A stretch of DNA of 64,000 nt from Opitutaceae bacterium (GTDB lineage: Bacteria > Verrucomicrobiota > Verrucomicrobiia > Opitutales > Opitutaceae), in NCBI GenBank assembly GCA_031379235.1, contig JANNEY010000083.1, positions 19,693-83,692 of the forward strand, written 5' to 3'. The position numbers and the translations under genes are program-made. Shown one piece after another: positions 46,566-57,842 of the stretch (position 1 is the first letter of the stretch; the number at the start of each line of letters is the position of its first letter). A model generated the notes under the pieces. The model made no database searches. It worked only from the letters and a program-made list of their open reading frames with translations, and was not told the DNA's origin.

Positions 46566-48080
46566 ATGAAAGCACTCGGCCTGATTCTCACCTCGGTTGC
46601 ATTTTTCAGCATCGCCCGTGGTGCCGAGCCCGCCCGGCCCAACATCGTCTACCTCCTCGCCGACGATCTCGGTTACGGCGATGTGCAGGCGCTCAATCCC
46701 GTGCGCGGAAAAATCAAGACGCCCCATCTCGACCGGCTCGCGGCGCAAGGGATGACGTTCACCGATGCCCACAGCGGTTCCTCCGTCTGCACGCCCACGC
46801 GCTACGGTTTGCTCACCGGCCGCTACGCGTGGCGCAGCCGTCTGCAAAAAGGCGTGCTCGACGGCACCGACGATCCGCCGCTCATCGCCGAAAGCCGTCT
46901 TACGGTGCCGGCCTTCCTCAAGCAGCACGGCTACGCCACCGCGGCGATCGGCAAGTGGCATCTGGGTTTTCTCTCCGAACGTCCGCCCACCGCCGCCGCG
47001 ACCAAGGCCACTTCCGCCGGCACGAAGAAAAACAAAACCAAGATGGGCGAGAACGGCCTGCCCGTCGGCGCACGCATCATCGGTGGTCCGACCACGCGCG
47101 GCTTCGATTATTTCTGGGGCTGCTCCAACGCCCGCACCATGTCCGGCCTGATCGAAAATGATCACGTGGTCGAAAACCTCCCGCCCATCGAGATGCTCCC
47201 GCGTCTCGAACGGCAGGCCGTCAACTACCTCGCCGAACACGCCGCCGCCGCAAAATCAGGGAAACCGTTTTTCCTCTACGTCCCGCTCACGTCGCCGCAC
47301 ACGCCCATCCTCCCCTCGGCCGAGTGGCAGGGAAAAAGTGGCCTCGGTGCCTATGGCGATTTCGTGATGCAAACCGACGCCGTCGTCGGAAAAATCCTCG
47401 CCGCTCTCGACAAGCACGGCCTCACCGCCAACACCCTCGTCATCTTCACCGCCGACAACGGTTGCTCGCCGGCCGCCGGCACGCCCGCCCTAGAAAAACA
47501 CGGCCACTTCGCCAGCGCGCAGTTCCGAGGCTACAAGGCCGACATCTGGGACGGTGGCCATCGCGTGCCGTTTTTCGCCCGCTGGCCTGGCCGCATCGCG
47601 CCCGCCACCACGAGCGCCCAGCTCATCTGCCATGTCGATCTCCTCGCCACCTGCGCCGAACTTCTCGGCGCCGCTCTCCCCGCCAATACCGCCGAAGACA
47701 GCGTAAGCATTTTGCCCGCGCTCCTCGGCACCGACCGCGCGCCGCTGCGCGAAGCCGTCGTGCACCATTCGATCCACGGCATGTTCTCCATTCGCCAAGG
47801 CCCGTGGAAACTCGAGCTCTGCCCCGGCTCCGGCGGTTGGGCCGCACCCCTCGATGCCGCCGCGCGCCAAGCCGGCCTCCCCGAGATTCAGCTCTACGAT
47901 CTCGCCGCCGATCCCGCCGAAATGAAAAACGTCCACGTCGAAAATCCTGCCATCGTCGCGCGCCTCCGAACGCTCCTCGAACGCTACGTTGCCGACGGTC
48001 GCAGCACCCCCGGCCCTCGCCAATCCAACGACGTCGCCATCGATCTTCTGAAAACCAAAACGTCCGCCATCACTCCATGA
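46566..48080 (+). CDS. Arylsulfatase-like sulfatase
   Basis: PNIVYLLADDLGYGD, CTPTRYGLLTG, GKWHLG, ADNG. Confidence 0.93.
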   Translation: MKALGLILTSVAFFSIARGAEPARPNIVYLLADDLGYGDVQALNPVRGKIKTPHLDRLAAQGMTFTDAHSGSSVCTPTRYGLLTGRYAWRSRLQKGVLDGTDDPPLIAESRLTVPAFLKQHGYATAAIGKWHLGFLSERPPTAAATKATSAGTKKNKTKMGENGLPVGARIIGGPTTRGFDYFWGCSNARTMSGLIENDHVVENLPPIEMLPRLERQAVNYLAEHAAAAKSGKPFFLYVPLTSPHTPILPSAEWQGKSGLGAYGDFVMQTDAVVGKILAALDKHGLTANTLVIFTADNGCSPAAGTPALEKHGHFASAQFRGYKADIWDGGHRVPFFARWPGRIAPATTSAQLICHVDLLATCAELLGAALPANTAEDSVSILPALLGTDRAPLREAVVHHSIHGMFSIRQGPWKLELCPGSGGWAAPLDAAARQAGLPEIQLYDLAADPAEMKNVHVENPAIVARLRTLLERYVADGRSTPGPRQSNDVAIDLLKTKTSAITP

Positions 48081-49738
48081 ACGTTCTCCCCACACTCCTT
48101 TTCCTTTCGCGGCTCGCGCTCGCTCCGTCGCGCCTTCTCCTCCTTCTCTCCCTCTTCGCCGCCGCGGCCGCCGCGGCCGCCACCGCTCCCAACGCCGCGA
48201 AACCCAACATCCTCGTCATCCTCGCCGACGACCTCGGCTACGGCGATGTGCAGTGCTACAATCCCTCGCGCGGAAAAATCCCCACGCCGCACATTGACCG
48301 GCTCGCGGCGCAAGGCATGCGCTTCACCGATGGGCATTCCTCGTCCGGCGTATGCTCGCCGACGCGCTACACTTTGCTCACCGGGCGCTATCACTGGCGC
48401 ACGAAATTGCAGAGCGGCATCGTCGGTGTGTTTGGCGAGCCGTTGATCGCGCCGGACCGCATGACCATTGGCACGCTCGCGAAAAAGCACGGCTATCGCA
48501 CCGCGACGATTGGCAAGTGGCACCTCGGCTGGGATTGGCCCATCGCGCCGGCGCAGCGCAAGTTGTTCCAAGTGCCGCGCCAGGTGGCCAAAGACGACGA
48601 GGCCGCGCCGGCCACCTCTGCCCTCACGGCCACCCCCGAGCACGTTGCCGCGTGGCACGAAGTCTTCACCAAGCCCATCGCGGGCGGCCCGACCACGCGC
48701 GGCTTCGACACCTACTTCGGCACCGACATTCCCAATTGGCCGCCGTTTTGCTTTATCGAGAATGATCGCACGCTCGGCATCCCCTCTGAATTTCCCTCGG
48801 CCCGCGCTATGGTGAAAAACCAAGCCAGCTTGCCCGGTCCCGCGCTCAAGGACTGGAAGCTCGAAGGCATTTTGCCCGCACTGGGCGACCGCGCCTCCGC
48901 CTTCATCACCGATGCCGCCACGCGGCCCGAGCCCTTCCTCCTCTACCTTCCGCTCACCTCGCCCCACACGCCCCTCGCCGTGAACGCGGAATGGAAAGAT
49001 AAGAGCCGCCTCAATCTCTACGCCGACTTCGTGATGGAGACGGACGCCGTCGTCGGCCGCGTGCTCGCTGCGCTGGAGAAGAGCGGCGCCGCCGCCAACA
49101 CGCTCGTTATCTTCACGTCCGACAACGGCTGCGCGCCCTACATCGACGTCGCGGGCCTCGAAGCGAAGGGCCATTTCCCCAGCGGGCCCTTGCGCGGCTA
49201 CAAGGCCGATGCGTGGGAAGGCGGCCATCGCGTGCCGTTTATCGTGCGCTGGCCCGGGCACGTGAAATCCGGCAGCGTGAGCGACCAACTCGTCCAGCAG
49301 TCCGATCTCATGGCCACCTTCGCCGCCGTGCTCGGCACCAAACTGCCCGCCAACGCCGGCGAAGACAGCGTGAGTCTCCTGCCCTTGCTCAAAGGCGACA
49401 ACCGCCCCGTGCGCGAGCACGCCGTCAGCGCCTCCGCCCAAGGCACGCCGGCAGTCCGCCACGGTTCGTGGAAATACATTCCCTCACCGGGCTCCGGCGG
49501 CTGGGGCAAAGGCGGCGATCAATCGCAACCCGTGCAGCTCTACAATCTCGCGGATGACCTCGGTGAGTCCAAAAACCTCGCCGCCGCACTGCCCGACAAA
49601 GTCGCCGAGATGACAGTGCTGTTGGAAAAACTCATCACCGCCGGTCGCAGCACCCCCGGCGCGTCGCAGCCAAACGACGTCGAAGTGAAGCGGTATCCCG
49701 TCAAGGCCGCCACCGCACCGAAGAAGAAAGCGAAGTAA
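48077..49738 (+). CDS. Arylsulfatase-like sulfatase (close paralog of the upstream gene)
   Basis: ATGA overlap, PNILVILADDLGYGD, CSPTRYTLLTG, SDNG. Confidence 0.93.
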   Translation: MNVLPTLLFLSRLALAPSRLLLLLSLFAAAAAAAATAPNAAKPNILVILADDLGYGDVQCYNPSRGKIPTPHIDRLAAQGMRFTDGHSSSGVCSPTRYTLLTGRYHWRTKLQSGIVGVFGEPLIAPDRMTIGTLAKKHGYRTATIGKWHLGWDWPIAPAQRKLFQVPRQVAKDDEAAPATSALTATPEHVAAWHEVFTKPIAGGPTTRGFDTYFGTDIPNWPPFCFIENDRTLGIPSEFPSARAMVKNQASLPGPALKDWKLEGILPALGDRASAFITDAATRPEPFLLYLPLTSPHTPLAVNAEWKDKSRLNLYADFVMETDAVVGRVLAALEKSGAAANTLVIFTSDNGCAPYIDVAGLEAKGHFPSGPLRGYKADAWEGGHRVPFIVRWPGHVKSGSVSDQLVQQSDLMATFAAVLGTKLPANAGEDSVSLLPLLKGDNRPVREHAVSASAQGTPAVRHGSWKYIPSPGSGGWGKGGDQSQPVQLYNLADDLGESKNLAAALPDKVAEMTVLLEKLITAGRSTPGASQPNDVEVKRYPVKAATAPKKKAK

Positions 49739-49780
49739 TCCGTCGCGGCTGCGAGAACCCACACTCGCCACTGCCCCCGC

Positions 49781-50668
49781 TCACTTTTTCCGCACCGCCA
49801 GCGTCCATTCCCGCCCCGAGTCGATGTTGTAGGCATTGGCAAAATTGCCCTGGTTGACCGCCATCGCCACAAAACCGCTGCTGTTGATGAACAGTAAATT
49901 CTTCCCCACCGGCACATCGCCAAACGTGCGCACGTAGGGCACCGCTTCTTCCCAGACGACTTGGTCGCCTTTCCGAATTTTCACCACCACCCACGCACCC
50001 TCCTTCACGCCGAGTTGCTCAAACGTGCGGCGGTCGATTAGGCAGGTGGTGTTACCCAGGTGTCCGCGCGAGCTGTCGATCATTCCCGTGGCGACGCCCT
50101 CTTTGACGACCGGCTTCGGCATTTCCAAGACCACGACGGTCGGTGCGAGCAACGGCCCGACCTGCTCGTAAGTGATCACTCCCGCCGCGAGTCGGCCCGC
50201 CGTGTAGGCGTAGACATCGCGCCCGTGAAACGTGTGCGACCACTCCGAGCCTGGCCGACGGTTGATTTTTTCATCGATCTCGCGCACCGCCTCGATGCCG
50301 AGTTCCTTCGCCACGTAGCTCAAGGTGCCGTTGTCGGGGCTCACGAAATATTGTCCATTCTTGGTTTTGAGCACGACGGACTTGCGCTTCGTGCCGACGC
50401 CCGGATCCACCACGGAAATAAACACCGTTCCGGCCGGCCAGACGGGCGCGGTGTAGATCAGATTCCGCGCGGCGGCGTCGATGTTGTAGAGTTCGATCAA
50501 TGGCTGGACCGTGAAAATCGGAATCTCTTTATCCACCGCGAAGACGACGCCCGGCATCACGGCGCCGCCGAAATCGGCCTGGATCACAACCGCGTTGCGC
50601 TCCTTGGCCACGACCCCGGTCGACGAAAACATTACGATCAGGGCAAAGCGGGAAATCAATTTCGTCAT
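49781..50668 (-). CDS. SAM hydroxide adenosyltransferase (DUF62; fluorinase/chlorinase superfamily) with signal peptide
   Basis: ADFG, VVDPGVGTKR, SPDNG, TFHGRDVY. Confidence 0.87.
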   Translation of the reverse strand: MTKLISRFALIVMFSSTGVVAKERNAVVIQADFGGAVMPGVVFAVDKEIPIFTVQPLIELYNIDAAARNLIYTAPVWPAGTVFISVVDPGVGTKRKSVVLKTKNGQYFVSPDNGTLSYVAKELGIEAVREIDEKINRRPGSEWSHTFHGRDVYAYTAGRLAAGVITYEQVGPLLAPTVVVLEMPKPVVKEGVATGMIDSSRGHLGNTTCLIDRRTFEQLGVKEGAWVVVKIRKGDQVVWEEAVPYVRTFGDVPVGKNLLFINSSGFVAMAVNQGNFANAYNIDSGREWTLAVRKK

Positions 50669-50848
50669 AGATGGAGACGGGTAAAACCATCGGGCAAGGG
50701 TCAACGAGAACGCAAACTGGATTTGCAATTTTCACCTCACCGGCCCGTTTCAGACGTGTCAGCCAACGCGGGTTCGTCTCCACTTCAACCCCGTAGCCTA
50801 TCCCGACTCCCCGGTGCCAGCGGCTACCGCCAGCTTTCCCTAAACCTC

Positions 50849-52324
<1,476 letters not shown>

Positions 52325-52348
52325 CCGTTTTGCTGGGCCGTGCAAACC

Positions 52349-52972
52349 ATGACCGTCGCCACTCCCGTTCTTTTGCGTCTCGCCTCCGGCCTCGCGCTGC
52401 TTGCCCTCGTCGGCTGTGGCGGCTCGGACCGCGCCGCCGGCAGTTCGGGCTCACCCGCCGCTCGCGCGACCCCCACGTTCGCCGTCATCGAAACCAGCGC
52501 GGGCGTGATTGAATTCGAGCTGCTGGCCAGCGACGCGCCGAAGACCACGGAAAATTTCCGGCTGCTCGCCGAACGCGGTTATTTCAACGGACTCACGTTT
52601 CACCGCATCGTGAAAGGCTTCATGATTCAGGGCGGCGATCCGCTCGGCGACGGCCGCGGGGGTGAGAGCGCATGGGGCGGGAAATTCGAGGATGAGATCA
52701 AGCGCGATTCTCTGCTCTATCTGCGCGGCGCCGGCTACAAGCGCGGCATCGTCGCGATGGCCAACGCCGGACCGAACACCAACGGCAGCCAGTTTTTCAT
52801 TCTGCACCAGGACCATCCGATGGCACCGAACTACACCATCTTCGGCCGCGTGACGAAAGGACAGGAGGTCGTCGACGCGCTCGCTGAGCTGCCCACCGAA
52901 CGCGGTCGCGACGGCGGGATGAGCAAACCAAAGCAGCCTCCGGCGATGAAGAAGGTCACGATTCGGCAGTAA
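52349..52972 (+). CDS. Cyclophilin-type peptidyl-prolyl isomerase, probable lipoprotein
   Basis: LALVGC lipobox, FHRIVKGFMIQGGD, AMANAGPNTNGSQFF. Confidence 0.92.
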   Translation: MTVATPVLLRLASGLALLALVGCGGSDRAAGSSGSPAARATPTFAVIETSAGVIEFELLASDAPKTTENFRLLAERGYFNGLTFHRIVKGFMIQGGDPLGDGRGGESAWGGKFEDEIKRDSLLYLRGAGYKRGIVAMANAGPNTNGSQFFILHQDHPMAPNYTIFGRVTKGQEVVDALAELPTERGRDGGMSKPKQPPAMKKVTIRQ

Positions 52973-52999
52973 CCCGCCAACCGCAGACGACGCGCTCGC

Positions 53000-54460
53000 T
53001 CACCCCGACACCGAAATATCTTTCAGGTCCGCCCGCGCCGCGGCGTAGCTCGTAGCGTAGGCGAGAGCGCGGGGGTCGGGTTGTTTTTTCCAGTGTTCGC
53101 AGGCGGTGCGGTAGAGTTCCGGCCACCAGTTGTGGTGCGCGGTGCGGCCGTCGGCCTTGTAGGCGTTCCAATCGATGAGCACCTGCGACCAGTGGCGGTC
53201 GCCGTAATCGCTCGCGGCTTTCGGCGAGTCGAAGTTGACGACATACCAGTCGCGGCCGATGCGGGCGTGCAGCACCTCGTCGGCCCAGTCGAAATCCTGG
53301 CAGAGCGCGGCAAACGGATCGCCCGACTGCGTGGCGATTTCCCATTCGTAGCGTTTGCCGGTTTTGGGCATGAGGCCCTGTTCGATAAAGTAGAGCACGG
53401 CGTGCCGCTCGAGCGGGCCGAGCTGGGTATTGAGCGCGAGCGACCACGTGAAGTTCACCCGCACGAGCCGACTCCAGTCGATGCCCTGCCGCACGAAGCC
53501 CACCTCGCCCATCAGCGCGTGCCGCGCCTCGTCCCAAAGCTGGCGCGTCATGTCGAGCATGTAGCCCCAGGGCTTGCCGCGCGTCTCGGTGATGATCGAC
53601 GCCATCATTTCCGGCACGTCGATTTCGCGGAGCCGTTTGTAGAACATCATGAGCGTCTTGTCCTGCGGCGAAAATTCCTCGTCATAGAGAAACACCTCAG
53701 CGTGCACGCCCATGTTATAGGGATCAGGAAAGCGTTCGTCGCGCCGGGGCTTCGGGTCGTAGACGAAAGGTTTTGCCGAGTGCAGGCGGCGCGCGGCTGG
53801 CGACGACGTGGCTGAGGATGGTGCTGGCTGTGAACCATCGAGCCGGCCGGCGGCGACAAGGCATTCGTCGAGCAGTGCAAGCCACGGCGCCTGCTCCGTC
53901 CGAATCGGCGCGGGCACGATCGCGCTCATGGCACCGCGTCCGTAGGACACCATGTCGTCGACTTCGAGCGCAGCGAAGCGGCAGAGCCGCACGCTCGGCG
54001 CATCGGTCAGGCGGTTAGTGTCGGCACGATAGCGCGCGAGCGCCTCGGCGAGAGCAGGCATCGCCTTTGCGTAAAGTCCGAGCACGAGCGCCTCAGTCGT
54101 CGGCGCGGCGCGAATCTCGTCGAAGAAAATTTCGAGCGCGGGATCGGGCACGGCGTCGAGGCCGAGCGGCGGCTCGCGCATCTCACCCACGCGCTTCCGC
54201 AGCGCCGCCACATGCTCGGCCGCATAGTAGCTGTGGAGGCTGAACGCCATTTTCAGTTCGTAGATCGGCTCCGCGGTGAGCCGCGCGATCCAGATCTCGT
54301 GCAAGCGGCGGAACGCGTAGTGCAAGCGCTTCAGGCGCGCGACGCAGTCCTCTACGGACATTCCGGGCGCCATGGCTTCACGCAGGGAACAGAGCCCGGC
54401 AATCACGGGCAGGTTGCGGTGCGAGCGATAAGTCTCAGGGGTGACAGGGGCGGGGTGCAT
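53000..54460 (-). CDS. Tandem ferritin-like (DUF455-like) diiron protein
   Basis: C-terminal LREID...QLWDEARH...FIEQG...DWADEVLH ligand set. The N-terminal helical domain has a partial AAEH motif. Confidence 0.65.
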   Translation of the reverse strand: MHPAPVTPETYRSHRNLPVIAGLCSLREAMAPGMSVEDCVARLKRLHYAFRRLHEIWIARLTAEPIYELKMAFSLHSYYAAEHVAALRKRVGEMREPPLGLDAVPDPALEIFFDEIRAAPTTEALVLGLYAKAMPALAEALARYRADTNRLTDAPSVRLCRFAALEVDDMVSYGRGAMSAIVPAPIRTEQAPWLALLDECLVAAGRLDGSQPAPSSATSSPAARRLHSAKPFVYDPKPRRDERFPDPYNMGVHAEVFLYDEEFSPQDKTLMMFYKRLREIDVPEMMASIITETRGKPWGYMLDMTRQLWDEARHALMGEVGFVRQGIDWSRLVRVNFTWSLALNTQLGPLERHAVLYFIEQGLMPKTGKRYEWEIATQSGDPFAALCQDFDWADEVLHARIGRDWYVVNFDSPKAASDYGDRHWSQVLIDWNAYKADGRTAHHNWWPELYRTACEHWKKQPDPRALAYATSYAAARADLKDISVSG

Positions 54461-54639
54461 GGCGGGAGGAATCGGCCGCGAGACTGGCCGTGGGCACGCG
54501 GGCGCACAACGCCGTTTCGCGCAACCTGCGGGGACTATCTCGTCGCCCTCCTCCGTCCGCACCGACAAACTCCGTGCCGGTGCCCCGCCGCAAATCGCGG
54601 GTCCGGTTTTTGAAGTTCCCGGACTGCGTCTCCCGGCGC

Positions 54640-55395
54640 TTACAGCCGGCCGATTTGGCCGAGGGTCAGCCCGCCATCGACCACAATGATCTGGCCCGTA
54701 ATGTAGGCGGCGGCTGGGGAGAGGAGAAACGCGACCGCGCCGGCGCAATCCTCGGGTTCGCCGATCCGTTGGAGCAAAATCTTTTTTTCATAGTGCGCGC
54801 GCTTGCCCGGCTGCGCCGCGAGTCCGGGCGTCGTGAGCGGCGTGCGGATGAAGCCGGGGGCGAGGCCGTTCACCCGGATGCCGTGCGGCGCGAGCGAGAG
54901 CGCAAGGGTGCGCGTCATCATGACAATGGCGCCTTTCGAAACATCGTAGGCCGCTGAGTCCTCCTCGGGCTGGAAGCCGTTGGTCGACGAGACGATCACG
55001 ATGGCACCGGGTCGCCGGCGGGCCACGAGCGCGCGGGCAAAAGCCTGGGCGAGGAAGAAAGTGGCGCGCACATTCAGGTTCATCGTGCGTTCCCAGACCT
55101 CGTCGCCCACGTCGAAGAACGGGCCGTCGAAGAAACCCCCGGCGTTGCACACCAACAAATCCAGTTTGGGCTGCGCGGCGAAGGCGGCGACGAGCAGCTT
55201 TTCGGGTGCACCCTTTTTCAGTAAATCTGCCCGGATGTAGGCTGCGCCCTGCGGCAGCCTTGCCGGCCGCTGGCCGAGGCCATGATGCACGACTCGCGCC
55301 CCAGCTCGGCGTAGCCCCGCCGCGATCGCATGGCCAATACCCTGAGAGGAACCGGTGACGAGCGCCGCGCTCGCTTTGAGGGAGAAGGTATTCAT
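54640..55395 (-). CDS. Classical SDR oxidoreductase
   Basis: [21 protein letters not shown] (YxxxK), VNGLAPG. Confidence 0.92.
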   Translation of the reverse strand: MNTFSLKASAALVTGSSQGIGHAIAAGLRRAGARVVHHGLGQRPARLPQGAAYIRADLLKKGAPEKLLVAAFAAQPKLDLLVCNAGGFFDGPFFDVGDEVWERTMNLNVRATFFLAQAFARALVARRRPGAIVIVSSTNGFQPEEDSAAYDVSKGAIVMMTRTLALSLAPHGIRVNGLAPGFIRTPLTTPGLAAQPGKRAHYEKKILLQRIGEPEDCAGAVAFLLSPAAAYITGQIIVVDGGLTLGQIGRL

Positions 55396-55600
55396 TTTTC
55401 CGCCGAAGAAATGCGCGCGGATTGGGCCGCACCGCAAGCGCGCGATGCGGGGACCCGCCGCCCCCGCACCGCACGGCCGGCCAAGAACCGCTTCACGGCT
55501 TTTACGCGTCGCCATTTGCACCCCCGGCCTGTGCACTCCAAGCCCAACCTGTCCCGATCCAAATCGTGCGCCCGGTCGCACCACTGAAATATTTTCCCCG

Positions 55601-56485
55601 ATGATCACGCATCCCGCGACCCTCCTCTACGCCGCTGCCGCCGGTCTGGCCGAGGGGCCGGTTTGGCATGACGGTGCGCTTTGGTGGGTCGATATCAACG
55701 GCGGCACTTTTAATCGGCTCGACCCCGTCACGCTCCACAACGAGGCGCGCGCTACTGGCGCCTACACCGCCGATGCGGTGCTGTGTGTCGACGGCCGCTG
55801 GCTCATCGCGCAGCATCAGGCGCTCTTCTTCTACGATTGGTCCACCGGCAAACGTGTGCCCCTCGCCTCCGGGCAGCATCCGGTGCTCGGCGCCCGCCAC
55901 CGCTTTAACGACGGCAAATGCGATCCCACCGGCCGCCTCTGGCTCGGCACGCTCAGTCTCGAATCCGCGCCGGCGGAGTGCGCCCTCTTTTCGCTTTCTC
56001 CCGCGGCGCCGACTCGCACGGAGGTCACCGGCGTATCTCTCTCCAATGGCCTGGGTTGGTCGCCTGACGGGCGGACGTTCTACTACATCGACACGCCCAC
56101 GCGGCGAGTCGACCGCTTCGACTACGATCGCGCGACTGGCAGCATCTCGGGTCGACGGCCCTTTCATATTTTTTCCGAAAATGACGGCTGGCCCGACGGC
56201 CTGGCGATTGACGCGCGCGGCCACGTCTGGGTGGCGCTTTATGGAGGCAGCCGCGTGGTGCAGCTCGACGCCGTCGACGGCACGCCGCGCGCGGCGATTC
56301 CCCTCCCAGTTTCACAGGTAACGTCCTGCGCTTTCGGCGGGGCCGACTTGGCGACGCTCTACATTACCACGGCGGCGCAGGAGCTTACCGCTGCGCAACA
56401 CGCTCGCGAGCCCCTCGCCGGCGCACTTTTTTCCGCGCGCCCTGATGTGGCGGGCCAACCCATCGCCAAGTGTCGGATCGGGTAA
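55601..56485 (+). CDS. SMP-30/gluconolactonase/LRE family protein
   Basis: [39 protein letters not shown]. Confidence 0.92.
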   Translation: MITHPATLLYAAAAGLAEGPVWHDGALWWVDINGGTFNRLDPVTLHNEARATGAYTADAVLCVDGRWLIAQHQALFFYDWSTGKRVPLASGQHPVLGARHRFNDGKCDPTGRLWLGTLSLESAPAECALFSLSPAAPTRTEVTGVSLSNGLGWSPDGRTFYYIDTPTRRVDRFDYDRATGSISGRRPFHIFSENDGWPDGLAIDARGHVWVALYGGSRVVQLDAVDGTPRAAIPLPVSQVTSCAFGGADLATLYITTAAQELTAAQHAREPLAGALFSARPDVAGQPIAKCRIG

Positions 56486-56519
56486 CCTCGGGTTTCCCCG
56501 CACGCTAAAATTCCAACGC

Positions 56520-56544
56520 TGGCGTCCCCACGGGGATTCGAACC
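56520..56544 (-). mobile_element. att site: displaced 3' end of tRNA-Glu marking the boundary of an integrative island to the right
   Basis: Minus strand GGTTCGAATCCCCGTGGGGACGCCA (T-loop, acceptor arm, G discriminator, CCA). The rest of the tRNA is absent and GC drops on the right side. Confidence 0.8.
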
Positions 56545-56748
56545 GCTAGCAAACTGACAACGGAAAGGCTTCGTTAATCGCGCTTTGAGTTGTTTGTTAG
56601 CGAATTAGAACAAGCGATACGATGCGGAGAGATGCAGCAAAAACAAGGTGGAAACGGAGTGGCTGGCAAATCCGTGGCAATTTTTTTGCCCCGCTTGAAT
56701 CGAATCGCTCCATCCTCGCATTTCACCGCGGGTGCAGTGCGGCCGATG

Positions 56749-57297
56749 TCAGCGTTTCTTGCCTCGAGGATGTTTACTCGCGAACAGCTTTCGCAGTGCA
56801 GCCAACTCTTCGAGGCGAGCTTTCCGGAACCGACGCTGGCGCTCAGCATTGTTTTTTCGTTTCTCTTCGAGCGATTTCGTGGGCCGTCCGGCGCGCAGAT
56901 GGAGCGGAAGATCCACGGATGGCGTGAAGATGTTCCGCCGCTTGAAGGCCGCGGGCGCATGCGCCAACGCCAAGACGCGCAGCGTCGGACTATCAGCGCT
57001 ATGGTCGAAGATCGGGTCCGGCGCTACGCGGTCGGGTGTGAAAGCCCATGCCGGCGCAGCGCGATGGACTTTTTGCGCCAAGTGCTCCGCATAGGCCGCC
57101 AGCCAGGCATCGGCAACGTAGCCCTGCGGGAATTTCTTTTGCAGCCGGGGCGGTTCGTCGGTGATGGCAGCCACGGCTTGGGTGCGCGAAGATGCTCGGC
57201 GTAACTCGTGGAGCCAGTCGCGCAGATTCAGGCCGAACTCGCTGAGCGAGGCGGACTGCTCGGCTACTTCCTTCAAGGATTTTGGGCGTGTGATCAT
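56749..57297 (-). CDS. Hypothetical partner of the DUF6036-like nucleotidyltransferase (putative antitoxin)
   Basis: DAWLAAYAEHLA...P.W...ALAHAPAAFKRRNIF block and ATGA coupling. Basic C-terminal tail GRP...NAERQRRFRK. Confidence 0.65.
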   Translation of the reverse strand: MITRPKSLKEVAEQSASLSEFGLNLRDWLHELRRASSRTQAVAAITDEPPRLQKKFPQGYVADAWLAAYAEHLAQKVHRAAPAWAFTPDRVAPDPIFDHSADSPTLRVLALAHAPAAFKRRNIFTPSVDLPLHLRAGRPTKSLEEKRKNNAERQRRFRKARLEELAALRKLFASKHPRGKKR

Positions 57298-57842
57298 GTT
57301 CGGGCCTGAATGGCACCTTTGACGACCTCCCGGGCTTCGGCCGTGAGCGCATCGTGCGGAAAGAATTTATCGTGGATGGCTTCAGCCTCCTCGGCCGATC
57401 CGATTCCCATTTTTTGCACCAAGAAACGAATGTCCCCGTAATCGCCAGCGTAACCGGGCAAGGGCGGGCGACAGGCGCGAAGTTTCATCGCGAGAAGATA
57501 AGCCGCCGTAGGAATGACGATCCGGATGCCCTCGCCGAAATCGCCCTCAGGCAGGCTGCGCTTAGCCTCCTTCTCGGCTAGAAATTGCTTCACGTCGTCA
57601 TTCAACCAATCTTCAGGCAGGCCGAGTTCAGCCGCCACTTTCGCGGCGAGCGTTTTGCCGATTTCGCTCGGTCGAACCACGGCATCCACATCCTTGGTCG
57701 CGTCGCGTGAGCCATAAACCAGCGTGAATACCGCCCCGCCATAGAGGGAGATTTCGAGCGTTACCTTTTGCTTGTGTGCCAGCTCGCCCAAGCGGCGGAG
57801 CGCTTGGACAATTCGGTTTCGGCTAAGCGGCTCGTAAGGCAC
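57294..57842 (-). CDS. DUF6036-like nucleotidyltransferase
   Basis: LYGGAV...SRDATKDVD (Pol-beta GG...DxD), WLND, LLAMKL.ACR, D..DI.FL. Confidence 0.78.
   Translation of the reverse strand: MPYEPLSRNRIVQALRRLGELAHKQKVTLEISLYGGAVFTLVYGSRDATKDVDAVVRPSEIGKTLAAKVAAELGLPEDWLNDDVKQFLAEKEAKRSLPEGDFGEGIRIVIPTAAYLLAMKLRACRPPLPGYAGDYGDIRFLVQKMGIGSAEEAEAIHDKFFPHDALTAEAREVVKGAIQART

Noticed and set aside
49781-50668. Fluorinase/chlorinase
   Set aside because: Retains the Asp-Arg-His triad of SAM hydrolases and there is no halometabolite cluster nearby.
56520-56600. Complete tRNA gene
   Set aside because: Only the last 25 nt match. The 5' T-stem strand would need CGGGG but reads AGCGG, and no anticodon or D arm is present, so it is treated as an att site.
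56590-57204. Plus-strand 204-aa ORF next to the att site
   Set aside because: Antisense to the better-supported 56749..57297 gene and has no motif; not an integrase.
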